Shown here in pieces: positions 23,742 to 32,487 of a DNA stretch of 39,870 nt (position 1 is the stretch's first letter; each line of letters begins with the position of its first letter). This DNA is from Candidatus Kaiserbacteria bacterium (GTDB taxonomy: Bacteria > Patescibacteriota > Minisyncoccia > Phycocordibacterales > UBA918). The notes under the pieces were generated by a model. The model had not been told where the DNA came from, ran no database searches, and saw only the letters and a list, made by a program, of their open reading frames with translations. The DNA lies in assembly GCA_024653575.1 (NCBI GenBank), contig JANLIJ010000156.1, forward strand, positions 1 through 39,870, in the 5' to 3' direction. The position numbers and the translations under genes are program-made.

Positions 23742-23952
23742 TTATATAACAAGACGCAATTGCGTCTTGTTATATAAGTCAAATTTTTGTACTTTCCCAA
23801 ACCCAATCCTGTAAAGAACACCTGTTCCTTACAGGATTGGGTAGATTTTCGCTCATGTGTACCATAAGCTCCAATTGGAGCTTATGGGGTATATAGAATT
23901 ATCAACACGAAACTTATACTGTAAGCGACACCTGTCGCTTACAGTATAAGTT
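23742..23952. repeat. Array of four long near-perfect palindromes with alternating conserved centres
   Basis: The four elements are at 23742-23777 (36 bp perfect), 23802-23841, 23862-23887 (26 bp perfect) and 23911-23952 (20 bp arms). Each was checked by reverse-complementing. Confidence 0.8.
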
Positions 23953-23957
23953 AGGGA

Positions 23958-25100
23958 ATGTGGTTTGAGGGGCGTTATTTTTGTGCTGAATGCGATACAA
24001 TACTTCACATGCGAACATTCATTGGTATTTACAAAGCGCTCAGGGATTTTACACGCCATCACTGGCTCACGGTAGCCTTTCTCCTTGGGTTTATTCTCGA
24101 TAACCTCACACTGAATCGTGTTGATCAAGTCTTTGATAACGCAGTGCTTTTCTCATATGTAGTGCTTGCAATGGTTTCGATATTACTTCTCTACGCAGGG
24201 ATAGCGGAGCGATATAGCGATAGAGTGAATGTTTTTCTCAAAGACAAATCACCCATTCTCATGCAGTATGCCTTCGGAGGTTTGCTCTCAGGAATACTCA
24301 TCTTTTATGGACGGAGCAGTTCACTTGGTGATAGTTGGCCCTTTTTCATTATTATCCTCGGAGTCATTTATGGTAATGAGACGATAAAGAACAGGGGACA
24401 GCGACTCGTATATAACCTTGTCATATTTTTTGTCGGACTTTTTGCGTATCTCGTACTTATTATTCCAGTTCTTCTGGGGAAGATGGGGCCGATTGTTTTT
24501 CTCGCGAGTGGAATCGTCGCGCTTCTCGTCATGTATTTTTTCTTCGGTCTCGTGGAGCGTATCGTGCCAAATTTTGTGGAGCTTCAGAAGCGGAAACTCG
24601 TGTTCATCATTGGACTTATTTACCTCACGCTCAATCTTCTCTATTTCACAAATCTTATTCCACCGATTCCACTCTCCCTGAAACATGTCGGTGTCTACCA
24701 CAGTGTTGTACGCTACGAGGATGGCTCATATGAGCTCACATATGAAAAACCAAAGTGGTGGGAGTGGTACCGAGACTCAGATAGTACATTCCATTACATG
24801 CAGGGCGAAAATATCTTCTGCTACGCATCGGTGTTTGCACCTTCACGTCTTTCAACAAAAATCTACCACCATTGGGAATATTATGATGAAGTGAGTACTG
24901 AATGGAAGGACCATGGGCGGTATGCATATTCGATTGCGGGAGGACGAGGGGAGGGGTATCGCGGGTATACACAGATAAGTGGATATCGTGAGGGAGAGTG
25001 GCGGTGCACCGTTGAGACCGATCGCGGGCAGGTCATTGGAAGAGAATCATTTACCGTGGAAAGTGGAGTGCGAGACAGTCTCGTCACACGACGTGAATGA
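23958..25100 (+). CDS. Multi-pass membrane protein with a C-terminal DUF2914-like domain (start probably 24009)
   Basis: About 6-7 TM helices, then a soluble C-terminus ending EGEWRCTVETDRGQVIGRESFTV. TACAAT at 23996-24001 lies 7 nt before the ATG at 24009. Confidence 0.65.
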   Translation: MWFEGRYFCAECDTILHMRTFIGIYKALRDFTRHHWLTVAFLLGFILDNLTLNRVDQVFDNAVLFSYVVLAMVSILLLYAGIAERYSDRVNVFLKDKSPILMQYAFGGLLSGILIFYGRSSSLGDSWPFFIIILGVIYGNETIKNRGQRLVYNLVIFFVGLFAYLVLIIPVLLGKMGPIVFLASGIVALLVMYFFFGLVERIVPNFVELQKRKLVFIIGLIYLTLNLLYFTNLIPPIPLSLKHVGVYHSVVRYEDGSYELTYEKPKWWEWYRDSDSTFHYMQGENIFCYASVFAPSRLSTKIYHHWEYYDEVSTEWKDHGRYAYSIAGGRGEGYRGYTQISGYREGEWRCTVETDRGQVIGRESFTVESGVRDSLVTRRE

Positions 25101-25128
25101 TGATGGCTTTGCATAACCACGGAAGTCC

Positions 25129-26829
25129 TTGTATTGTGTTGGTATAGAACGTATGGAGTCAGAAATACGAAAGAGAATTGAAGAGATGCTTGTAGAGCTT
25201 GGCATAGCTGAGGTCAATTTTTCTGTGGAGCATCCTGCCGATTTTGCTCATGGAGACTATGCGACAAATGTGGCGATGGTGTGTGCGAAGCAAATGGGGA
25301 AGAGTCCGCGAGAAATTGCAGAGCAATTTACCGAGGAGCTCAAGGGGAAGATTCCTGATGTCGAGAGGATTGAGATTGCTGGCCCTGGGTTTATTAATTT
25401 TCACCTCACTCGCAATTTTTTCTCCGAAAAAATTGCGAGCATCCTGAGCAATCCCGACACTTTCGGGGAAAACGATTCACTCAATGGAGAAGAGATTATT
25501 TTTGAATACACGAGTCCAAATCTCTTTAAGCCACTCCATGTTGGGAATCTTGTGGGCAACATCGTTGGGGAAGCAGTCTCACGACTTTTTGAATATGGTG
25601 GTGCAGAGCTTCATCGAGTAAATTATCCCTCAGATATTGGGCTCACAGTGGCGAAGGGTGTGTGGGGGCTTAAAAAAATGGACGGTGACCCAAAAGACAT
25701 TACGCAAATTGGTGAAGCGTATCGCGTCGGTAATACTGCGTATGAAGAGGGAGAAGGAAAGGAGGAGATTGAGGCGGTCAATCGTGCACTCTATGAAGGG
25801 AATGATGAGAAACTCAATCAGTTGCGTGCACAAGGCATCGAAACTTCGAGGACACACCTTGCAGAGCTCTGTCGTATGCTCGGTACCACATTTGATACTG
25901 AGATTTTTGAGAGTGAGGTGAGCGAACTCGGAACGAGTATTGTGCGCTCACACATCGGTGAGGTGTTTGAAGAGAGCAATGGCGCCATAATCTTTAAGGG
26001 CGAACGACACGGGCTTCATACACGCGTATTTCTAAATTCCCAAGGACTGCCGACGTATGAGGCAAAGGATGTTGGCAATTTTGCAAAGAAACAAGAAATG
26101 TATCCAGAGTGGACGCAATCATTTGTCGTGACGGGAGGTGAACAGCGTGAGTACTTCAAGGTGCTCATCGCATCACTCCGTGAGGTGTTCCCGGAGGTGA
26201 GTAAAAAAATTATCGAGCATATCCCCACAGGCTTTCTCACCCTCACGACGGGGAAGATGTCATCACGAAAAGGGAACGTACTCACCGGAGAGGAGATTAT
26301 TGCAGAGGTAAAGAGCGAGGCACATAAACGTGCTGAGGAAAGTCGTTCAGAGAATGTTGCAGAACTCACTGAACAAGTTGCCATCGGGGCACTCAAATAT
26401 CAGATTCTCAGGCAAGCGGTCGGGACTGACATTGTCTTTGATAAAGAACGCGCACTTTCTCTTGAAGGAGACTCAGGCCCATACCTCATGTACACCCATG
26501 CGCGCATTGCATCAATTTTGAAGAAGGCTGAAGAGGTCGGCATGACTCCAAGTACAAGTGTCCTGACAGAGATTCCCTATGAATTAGAAAAAGTCGTGTA
26601 TCAGTTTCCTGAAGTGGTCAGGAAGGCACAGAGTGAACGTGCACCACATCTTCTCGTCACCTATCTCACCGCACTCGCGAGTGCATTCAATGCGTTTTAT
26701 GCACATGAGCAAATTGTGAATACCGAGGACGCGAATGCTCCCTTCAAGCTCGCACTCGCGAGCGCCGTGGGCGCAACCCTCAAAAATGGCCTTTATCTCC
26801 TCGGCATGAGTGCACCGGAGCGGATGTAG
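25129..26829 (+). CDS. argS: Arginine--tRNA ligase (alternative start 25153, MESEIRK)
   Basis: SPNLFKPLHVGNL (HIGH-like), GKMSSRKG, and the C-terminal DALR anticodon-binding region ending in M. Confidence 0.95.
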   Translation: MYCVGIERMESEIRKRIEEMLVELGIAEVNFSVEHPADFAHGDYATNVAMVCAKQMGKSPREIAEQFTEELKGKIPDVERIEIAGPGFINFHLTRNFFSEKIASILSNPDTFGENDSLNGEEIIFEYTSPNLFKPLHVGNLVGNIVGEAVSRLFEYGGAELHRVNYPSDIGLTVAKGVWGLKKMDGDPKDITQIGEAYRVGNTAYEEGEGKEEIEAVNRALYEGNDEKLNQLRAQGIETSRTHLAELCRMLGTTFDTEIFESEVSELGTSIVRSHIGEVFEESNGAIIFKGERHGLHTRVFLNSQGLPTYEAKDVGNFAKKQEMYPEWTQSFVVTGGEQREYFKVLIASLREVFPEVSKKIIEHIPTGFLTLTTGKMSSRKGNVLTGEEIIAEVKSEAHKRAEESRSENVAELTEQVAIGALKYQILRQAVGTDIVFDKERALSLEGDSGPYLMYTHARIASILKKAEEVGMTPSTSVLTEIPYELEKVVYQFPEVVRKAQSERAPHLLVTYLTALASAFNAFYAHEQIVNTEDANAPFKLALASAVGATLKNGLYLLGMSAPERM

Positions 26830-26919
26830 CGACAAATCTTGTAATAATGCGCTTGCTCCTGTAGAGTATTTTCAGAATCTACGGCGGGGTGCTGTGGGTA
26901 AAGCGAGGGAGAATTGCAC

Positions 26920-27183
26920 ATGAAGCAATCTGTGGAACGGACCGGTCCCCACGAGACGAGTTGGGGGATACAGGCGGCTGTCGAAGAAATCGACCCGCAA
27001 CAGCTCTTTGTCCGCGACCTACTTATGGAGAGGGTGGGTATGTCGATGGAGGAAGCGACGACGTACGTCAAGGAAATCGGTGTCAGTGTCTCGGCAACGC
27101 TCAAGGTTCTTCTCCAGAAGTCTCCTGATCCGGTGAAGCACTTCAGGGATTTCGAGACCAGTCGCAATGCGAGGGTGCAATAA
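26920..27183 (+). CDS. Hypothetical small protein
   Basis: GAGGGAG SD (26905-26911) lies 8 nt before the ATG at 26920. Terminator at 27209-27231. GC-rich. Confidence 0.4.
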   Translation: MKQSVERTGPHETSWGIQAAVEEIDPQQLFVRDLLMERVGMSMEEATTYVKEIGVSVSATLKVLLQKSPDPVKHFRDFETSRNARVQ

Positions 27184-27208
27184 GGCACCCACAACCACAA
27201 GGAGAAAA

Positions 27209-27231
27209 GGTCGGCAAAGCCCGGCCTTTTT
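27209..27231 (+). terminator. Terminator hairpin plus T-run
   Basis: GGTCGG / CCGGCC stem (one G.U pair) followed by TTTTT. Confidence 0.55.
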
Positions 27232-27303
27232 CTATGGCGATTTGACACACTGCACTCGCACTGGCAAAGTGTGTGTTGCGTTGTTATTTAATGGGGGACG
27301 GAC

Positions 27304-27690
27304 ATGATTGATAAAGTACTACCGGTATTGGGTGCGCTCATGTGGGCAACCTTTCACACGTTCGTATCAGTACTCATGGGGTTTCTCCTTGCTCCACCAA
27401 AGAGCGGGAATCTCATCAAGGTGTCGCTTGGCGAGGTGCAAGAAATGGCGTTCTATGTGATTGGAGTTTTTGCGCTAGCCCAAGCTATGACGCGCCTCGA
27501 TGGGTGGATTTCGAGAGACAGACCAAAGTACGTATCGCTCGATATTCTCCTCTGTGTGGTGATGCCGGCCATTGCGTGGGCACTTTCTAGCATACGGCCG
27601 GCGGGTGCAATCCTTTTTCTTTTCTTTGCATCACTCACTTCCGCGTATCTGGATTTTTCCAAGCTGGTGGCGATGAAGCAGGAAGGGTGA
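27304..27690 (+). CDS. Hypothetical membrane protein (about 4 TM helices)
   Basis: GGGGGA SD-like sequence 5 nt upstream. Hydrophobic segments throughout. Hairpin 27697-27727 follows. Confidence 0.5.
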   Translation: MIDKVLPVLGALMWATFHTFVSVLMGFLLAPPKSGNLIKVSLGEVQEMAFYVIGVFALAQAMTRLDGWISRDRPKYVSLDILLCVVMPAIAWALSSIRPAGAILFLFFASLTSAYLDFSKLVAMKQEG

Positions 27691-27696
27691 AACAAC

Positions 27697-27727
27697 AGGG
27701 CCACCAGCGCAGAGCGCGGGTGGCCCT
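27697..27727. terminator. Bidirectional-looking hairpin
   Basis: AGGGCCACC / GGTGGCCCT with an inner GCGC/GCGC stem. Confidence 0.6.
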
Positions 27728-27862
27728 TTAAAAAGATCATATTAATTTAGCAAATCAAAAGCTTTTCAAACTTTGAAGCATTGGTGAAATGTTGAATAAA
27801 AGTACCTTTGTGGCAGAATGTGATTTGACACCGCGTGGGCGGTGAGAAAAAGGAGAATCGAT

Positions 27863-28234
27863 TTGAAGATCAAAAAAAAGCAAGGACGTATCGGGAAACG
27901 TCCACGAGTCGTTGTTCTGTATCAGCCTCCCTATGATTCCGCATTGGGGAAACATCCACACCCCGTACTCATTGCACGTGGACATTTCGGAAGTCCCGAT
28001 GAGCTCACGACGGAGTGTCAGGCGCGGATAGGGGTCTTGCCCCGACACCATCGCAGTGAAGGGACAGTCCTCGTTGGGCACGAGATAGATGATCATATCG
28101 TCTCCGTGGCGTTTGAAAAAAAATGGCCACAAGTGGAAAGAGTGCCAAGGGGTGCCGTTCACCGAGTTCCTTGCTCGGCATTGCCACCAGAAATTTTTCA
28201 TTTCGCCACCCACAACGTAGCCCCTCACGTCTAA
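27863..28234 (+). CDS. Hypothetical basic protein (TTG start); mutually exclusive with antisense ORF 27755-28228
   Basis: AAGGAG (27850-27855) lies 7 nt before the TTG at 27863. A plus-strand terminator starts 12 nt after the stop. By hand count, first-codon-position G is ~35% in this frame versus ~25% for the antisense frame. Confidence 0.35.
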   Translation: MKIKKKQGRIGKRPRVVVLYQPPYDSALGKHPHPVLIARGHFGSPDELTTECQARIGVLPRHHRSEGTVLVGHEIDDHIVSVAFEKKWPQVERVPRGAVHRVPCSALPPEIFHFATHNVAPHV

Positions 28235-28245
28235 TTGAAGGGCGG

Positions 28246-28270
28246 GCCCGTGTGAAAGCGGGCTTTTTTT
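28246..28270 (+). terminator. Rho-independent terminator just upstream of ileS
   Basis: GCCCG-tgtgaaag-CGGGC followed by TTTTTTT. Confidence 0.7.
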
Positions 28271-28314
28271 ATGCTATGATGCTTCAGTACGCCTGATATG
28301 CGTACTTAATTATT

Positions 28315-31300
28315 ATGTCTGATATACATAACCATATGGATTCAAAAAATGAGAACACAAAGGGTGATGTTGCGCTCCGAGAGGAAGCGATACTTGCCTT
28401 TTGGAACGAGCACAACATTTTCAAGAAGACGGTAGAGACACCTGCGGGCAATGCGCCTGTTGGTGATTTTGTTTTTTATGATGGACCACCCTTCGCGACA
28501 GGCACTCCACACTATGGGCACATTCTTGCAGGAACGATAAAGGATGCCATTCCACGATACCAGACGATGAACGGGAAGCGGGTCATTCGAAAGTGGGGAT
28601 GGGATTGTCACGGACTCCCGCTCGAGAACATTATTGAGAAGCGTCTCGGTCTTTCAACGAAGCGCGATATTGAAGAAATGGGAGTGAAGCAGTTCAACGA
28701 GTCAGCGCGAAGTGCGGTCATGGAATACGAGCACGATTGGAAGGAGATCATTCCACGCATGGGGCGCTTCGTCGACATGGAGGACGACTACAAGACGATG
28801 GATTCAACATACACAGAATCAGTCTGGTGGGTATTTTCTGAACTCAACAGAAAGGGGTTCGTGTATGAGGGATTTAAATCAATGCACCTCTGCCCGCGCT
28901 GTGGGACGACGCTCTCAAACTTCGAGGTGAATCAAGGATATAAGGATATCAAAGACATTGCGGTTTTTGTTGAGCTTCCCCTTGTTGGTGAGGGACGGAC
29001 ATCTCTTGTTGTGTGGACGACGACGCCGTGGACTCTTCCGGGCAACATGGCTGCCGCGGTGCACAACGATATTGAATATGTCGTTGTCGAAAAGAAAGAT
29101 GAGGACGTGGGCGAATTCGTTCGTTTCATCGTTGCGAAGGGGAGGGTACAGTCAATTTTCGAGGGTCAAGAGTATGTTGTAGTGAAAGAGATGAAGGGGA
29201 GCGACCTCGTCGGCAAATCATACCTTCCTCCATTCGATACATTCAAGAATCAGGAATTTACCGGAAAAGAAAATGCATGGAAGATTTACCATGCCGACTA
29301 CGTCGAGCTTGGTGAAGATGGGACGGGGGCGGTACATATTGCGCCAGCCTACGGCGAGGAGGATATGGAGCTCGCAAAGAAGGAGGGGATTCCTATTGTG
29401 CACCATGTCGACACCGACGGACGGTTCAAGGATTTTGTCGCACACTTTGCGGGGCAACTCGTAAAACCAAAGGATGATGAGAAGGCAGAGGTGTCGCATC
29501 TCGACGCCGATATTGAGATCGTGAAGTATCTCAAGGAGGCTGGACGGCTCTTCAAGAAAGAAAATGTCACACACAGCTACCCGCACTGTTGGCGTTGTGA
29601 TACACCGCTCCTCAACTACGGGACAACATCATGGTTTGTGAGGGTGACCGATATCAAAGACGCACTCGTTGCTGAAAATGCAAAGGTGTCGTGGGTTCCT
29701 GAGCACGTGGGAACAAACCGCTTCGGAAAGTGGCTTGAGGGCGCGCGCGATTGGGCGATAAGTCGTCAACGATACTGGGGTGCACCGCTTCCGATTTGGA
29801 AGAATCCAAAAACAGGTACATATAAAATATTTGGGTCACTTAAGGAACTTCTTACCTATGTGCCAAAGTCAGGGAATACATATTACCTCATGCGTCATGG
29901 TGAATCAGAGTCAAACGTGGCTCAAATTCTAAATTCTGACCAATCTGTCAGAAACCCACTCACTGAACGAGGACGAAGTCAGGTATCTGACGCGATTCCG
30001 TCTGTCCCTCAGGATATTGATTTTATTATCCATTCACCCCTTGAAAGAACCACCGAAACGGCACACATGATCGCTCAGTCAAAAGGCATTCTTTCTGAGT
30101 GTGTCCAGAGTGATGAACGGTTGCGTGAGCTTGGTATGGGGAAATTTGAAGGGAAAACATCTGCGGAGAAAGACAAAGCATTCCAGACGCCAGAAGCTGA
30201 GTTTACTATTTCAGTCGGTGGGTCTGAGACACTTAACCAACTTCGTGAACGTGTAGGCGAACTCTTGTACGAGCTTGAACGTACCCACAAGAACAAAAAG
30301 ATTTTGCTTGTATCACATGGTGACCCGATTTGGTTTCTTGAGGCAATTGCCAAGGGCGCCAATATTGAAAAGACACTTGAGATAGGAAAGAGTTACATTA
30401 AGAATGCAGAAGTTCGCACAATTGAGTTTCAAAAGCTTCCCCATAACGACAATTATGAACTCGATTTTCATCGTCCATATATTGATGAAATTGAGCTTCG
30501 CGATACCGATGGGGAAGCCCTTGCTCGCGTCCCTGATGTTTTTGACTGTTGGTTTGAGTCGGGTTCAATGCCGTATGCCCAAAAGCACTATCCATTTGAA
30601 AATCTTGAGACGTTTAACCCCGAAAAAAGCATTGGATACCCAGCTGATTTTATTGCTGAGGGGCTTGATCAAACCCGAGGATGGTTTTATTCATTGATTG
30701 TGCTTGGTGTAGCACTCTTTGGAAAATCACCATTTCGACATGTGGTGGTGAATGGACTTACGCTTGCCGAAGACGGAAAGAAAATGAGCAAGTCACTGCA
30801 GAATTATCCAGACCCAGTTGAACTTGCAGACCGTGTTGGTGCTGATGCACTCAGATATTATCTCCTCTCATCACCGATAGTTCGAGGTGAAGATCTTCGT
30901 GTATCAGAAAAGGAAGTCCTTGAACTTCAGCGGAAAAACATCGGTCGCCTTCATAACGTGCTCGCTATGTATGAGATGTACGCCGACGGAAGCGTTACAG
31001 CACATGCAAACTCGACGAACGTACTCGACAGGTGGATCATTGCACGTCTCAATGAAACGGTGCGCGATATCACTGAGGGATATAAAAACTACGAGCTCGA
31101 TAAAGCGACACGACCCATTGAAGGGCTCATTGACGATATCTCAGTGTGGTATTTGCGTCGTTCACGTGAGCGCCTTAAAGGTAATGATGTTGAAGATAAG
31201 AATGCAACACTCGCGACACTTCGCTACGTGCTCAAAAACCTTGCGCTTGTCATGGCGCCCGTTATGCCATTCTATGCAGAGCACCTTTTCCTCAGCGTCC

Positions 31301-31839
31301 GTGAGGACGGTGATGCAGAGAGTGTACACCTCACGGCGTGGCCGAAGACAGAAACCGTTGACCCCGTGGTCATTGGGGAGATGAGTATCGTCCGAGAATT
31401 GGTGACGGTGGCACTCGAGGCTCGATCAAAGGCGAATATCAAGGTCCGACAGCCACTCGCATCACTTGCCGTGAATATTGAACTGGAGGAAGAGTATGCA
31501 CGAGTGGTGCGTGAGGAAATCAATGTGAAGCATATCTATGCAAATATCGAGATGACAGAACGTGCAACGCTTGATATGAATATTACTCCAGAACTCAAAC
31601 GCGAAGGAGATGTGCGCGAGCTCATGCGCGCGATTCAGGATGCGAGAAAGACCGCAGGACTGAGTCCACAGGACAGGGTTGTACTTACGGTGAGCGAGAC
31701 GACAAAGAACCTCATGATTGGATTTGAAAAGGAAATTATGGGAGTGGTGGGAGCTGTGGAAATAAAAGTGAGTGAAGATATGGAACGTGAGGTCCAGATT
31801 GATGGGCAGACATTCCAGTTTGGGGTTAAGAAAGTATAG
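28315..31839 (+). CDS. ileS: Isoleucine--tRNA ligase (type 2-like) carrying an internal histidine-phosphatase domain
   Basis: HIGH-type motif PHYGH, WTTTPWTLPGN editing domain, KMSKS present (GKKMSKSL). 1174 aa with an extra ~190 aa block at residues ~516-712. Confidence 0.97.
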   Translation: MSDIHNHMDSKNENTKGDVALREEAILAFWNEHNIFKKTVETPAGNAPVGDFVFYDGPPFATGTPHYGHILAGTIKDAIPRYQTMNGKRVIRKWGWDCHGLPLENIIEKRLGLSTKRDIEEMGVKQFNESARSAVMEYEHDWKEIIPRMGRFVDMEDDYKTMDSTYTESVWWVFSELNRKGFVYEGFKSMHLCPRCGTTLSNFEVNQGYKDIKDIAVFVELPLVGEGRTSLVVWTTTPWTLPGNMAAAVHNDIEYVVVEKKDEDVGEFVRFIVAKGRVQSIFEGQEYVVVKEMKGSDLVGKSYLPPFDTFKNQEFTGKENAWKIYHADYVELGEDGTGAVHIAPAYGEEDMELAKKEGIPIVHHVDTDGRFKDFVAHFAGQLVKPKDDEKAEVSHLDADIEIVKYLKEAGRLFKKENVTHSYPHCWRCDTPLLNYGTTSWFVRVTDIKDALVAENAKVSWVPEHVGTNRFGKWLEGARDWAISRQRYWGAPLPIWKNPKTGTYKIFGSLKELLTYVPKSGNTYYLMRHGESESNVAQILNSDQSVRNPLTERGRSQVSDAIPSVPQDIDFIIHSPLERTTETAHMIAQSKGILSECVQSDERLRELGMGKFEGKTSAEKDKAFQTPEAEFTISVGGSETLNQLRERVGELLYELERTHKNKKILLVSHGDPIWFLEAIAKGANIEKTLEIGKSYIKNAEVRTIEFQKLPHNDNYELDFHRPYIDEIELRDTDGEALARVPDVFDCWFESGSMPYAQKHYPFENLETFNPEKSIGYPADFIAEGLDQTRGWFYSLIVLGVALFGKSPFRHVVVNGLTLAEDGKKMSKSLQNYPDPVELADRVGADALRYYLLSSPIVRGEDLRVSEKEVLELQRKNIGRLHNVLAMYEMYADGSVTAHANSTNVLDRWIIARLNETVRDITEGYKNYELDKATRPIEGLIDDISVWYLRRSRERLKGNDVEDKNATLATLRYVLKNLALVMAPVMPFYAEHLFLSVREDGDAESVHLTAWPKTETVDPVVIGEMSIVRELVTVALEARSKANIKVRQPLASLAVNIELEEEYARVVREEINVKHIYANIEMTERATLDMNITPELKREGDVRELMRAIQDARKTAGLSPQDRVVLTVSETTKNLMIGFEKEIMGVVGAVEIKVSEDMEREVQIDGQTFQFGVKKV
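29860..30450 (+). other. Inserted histidine phosphatase (PGAM-like) domain within ileS
   Basis: YYLMRHGESESN (RHG), LTERGRSQ, DERLRE and LLVSHGDPIW (distal His). Flanked by the IleRS segments ..PLPIWKNPKTG..FGSLKELL and LDFHRPYIDEIEL..VFDCWFESGSMPYAQ. Confidence 0.85.
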
Positions 31840-31911
31840 TCGACAGGCGCCCGAAGCGCGCCCGCACATCACTCCTAAGTACCAAGCACCAAGTCACTAA
31901 GTACTAACAGA

Positions 31912-32487
31912 ATGGCATACCAGACATACATTACAGAAGCGCTTGTCTGTGGGAGCAGTGATAGCAATACTGCAGACCGCTCCTTTCTTATTTTTACCCG
32001 CGACGCGGGAATGGTGTATGTCCATGCAAAGAGTATTCGTGAAGAGCGCTCGAAGCATCGGTACGCACTTCAGGAATTCTCACATGTGCGAATAACACTC
32101 GTACGAGGGAAGAGCGGATGGAAAGTTATTGGAACAGAACCGATTCAAAACTTCTATGCAAATACCCGTTCACGCGAAGAGCGGGCACTTCTTCGGAATA
32201 TCGTGATGCTTCTTAAGCGAGTGATGCAAGGGGAAACATCACATGAAAGTATTTTTGAAGATGTGATTTTAGCATTTACCCACAATTCGACGTATGAGCC
32301 CAAAAAACTAGAGACCGCGCTCTCTTTTCGCATCCTCCACACACTCGGATATGTTGCGCCAGGCGAAGATCATGTAGGATTCCTCGACGGAGCATTAACT
32401 CCAGAACTTGTGGAAAATATTACCGAAAAAGATGAGGTGGTATATCGGGGTATGACAGAGAAGGCGCTTCTTGAGAGTCATCTCTAG
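31912..32487 (+). CDS. recO: DNA repair protein RecO (short form)
   Basis: N-terminal OB-fold pattern (YITEALVCGS..DRSFLIFTRDAGMVYVHAKSIRE..SK) typical of RecO. 191 aa. Confidence 0.7.
   Translation: MAYQTYITEALVCGSSDSNTADRSFLIFTRDAGMVYVHAKSIREERSKHRYALQEFSHVRITLVRGKSGWKVIGTEPIQNFYANTRSREERALLRNIVMLLKRVMQGETSHESIFEDVILAFTHNSTYEPKKLETALSFRILHTLGYVAPGEDHVGFLDGALTPELVENITEKDEVVYRGMTEKALLESHL

Noticed and set aside
23742-23952. A CRISPR array.
   Set aside because: The elements are individually palindromic and fall into two alternating families. There is no constant direct repeat separated by unique spacers, and no cas genes are present.
27755-28228. The minus-strand 157 aa ORF as the real gene of this locus.
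   Set aside because: It lies in exact antisense codon register with the plus-strand ORF, which is the classic shadow frame. It has only a weak GGTGG upstream and no terminator. Its first-position G content is lower by hand count. It is not excluded; confidence in either call is low.
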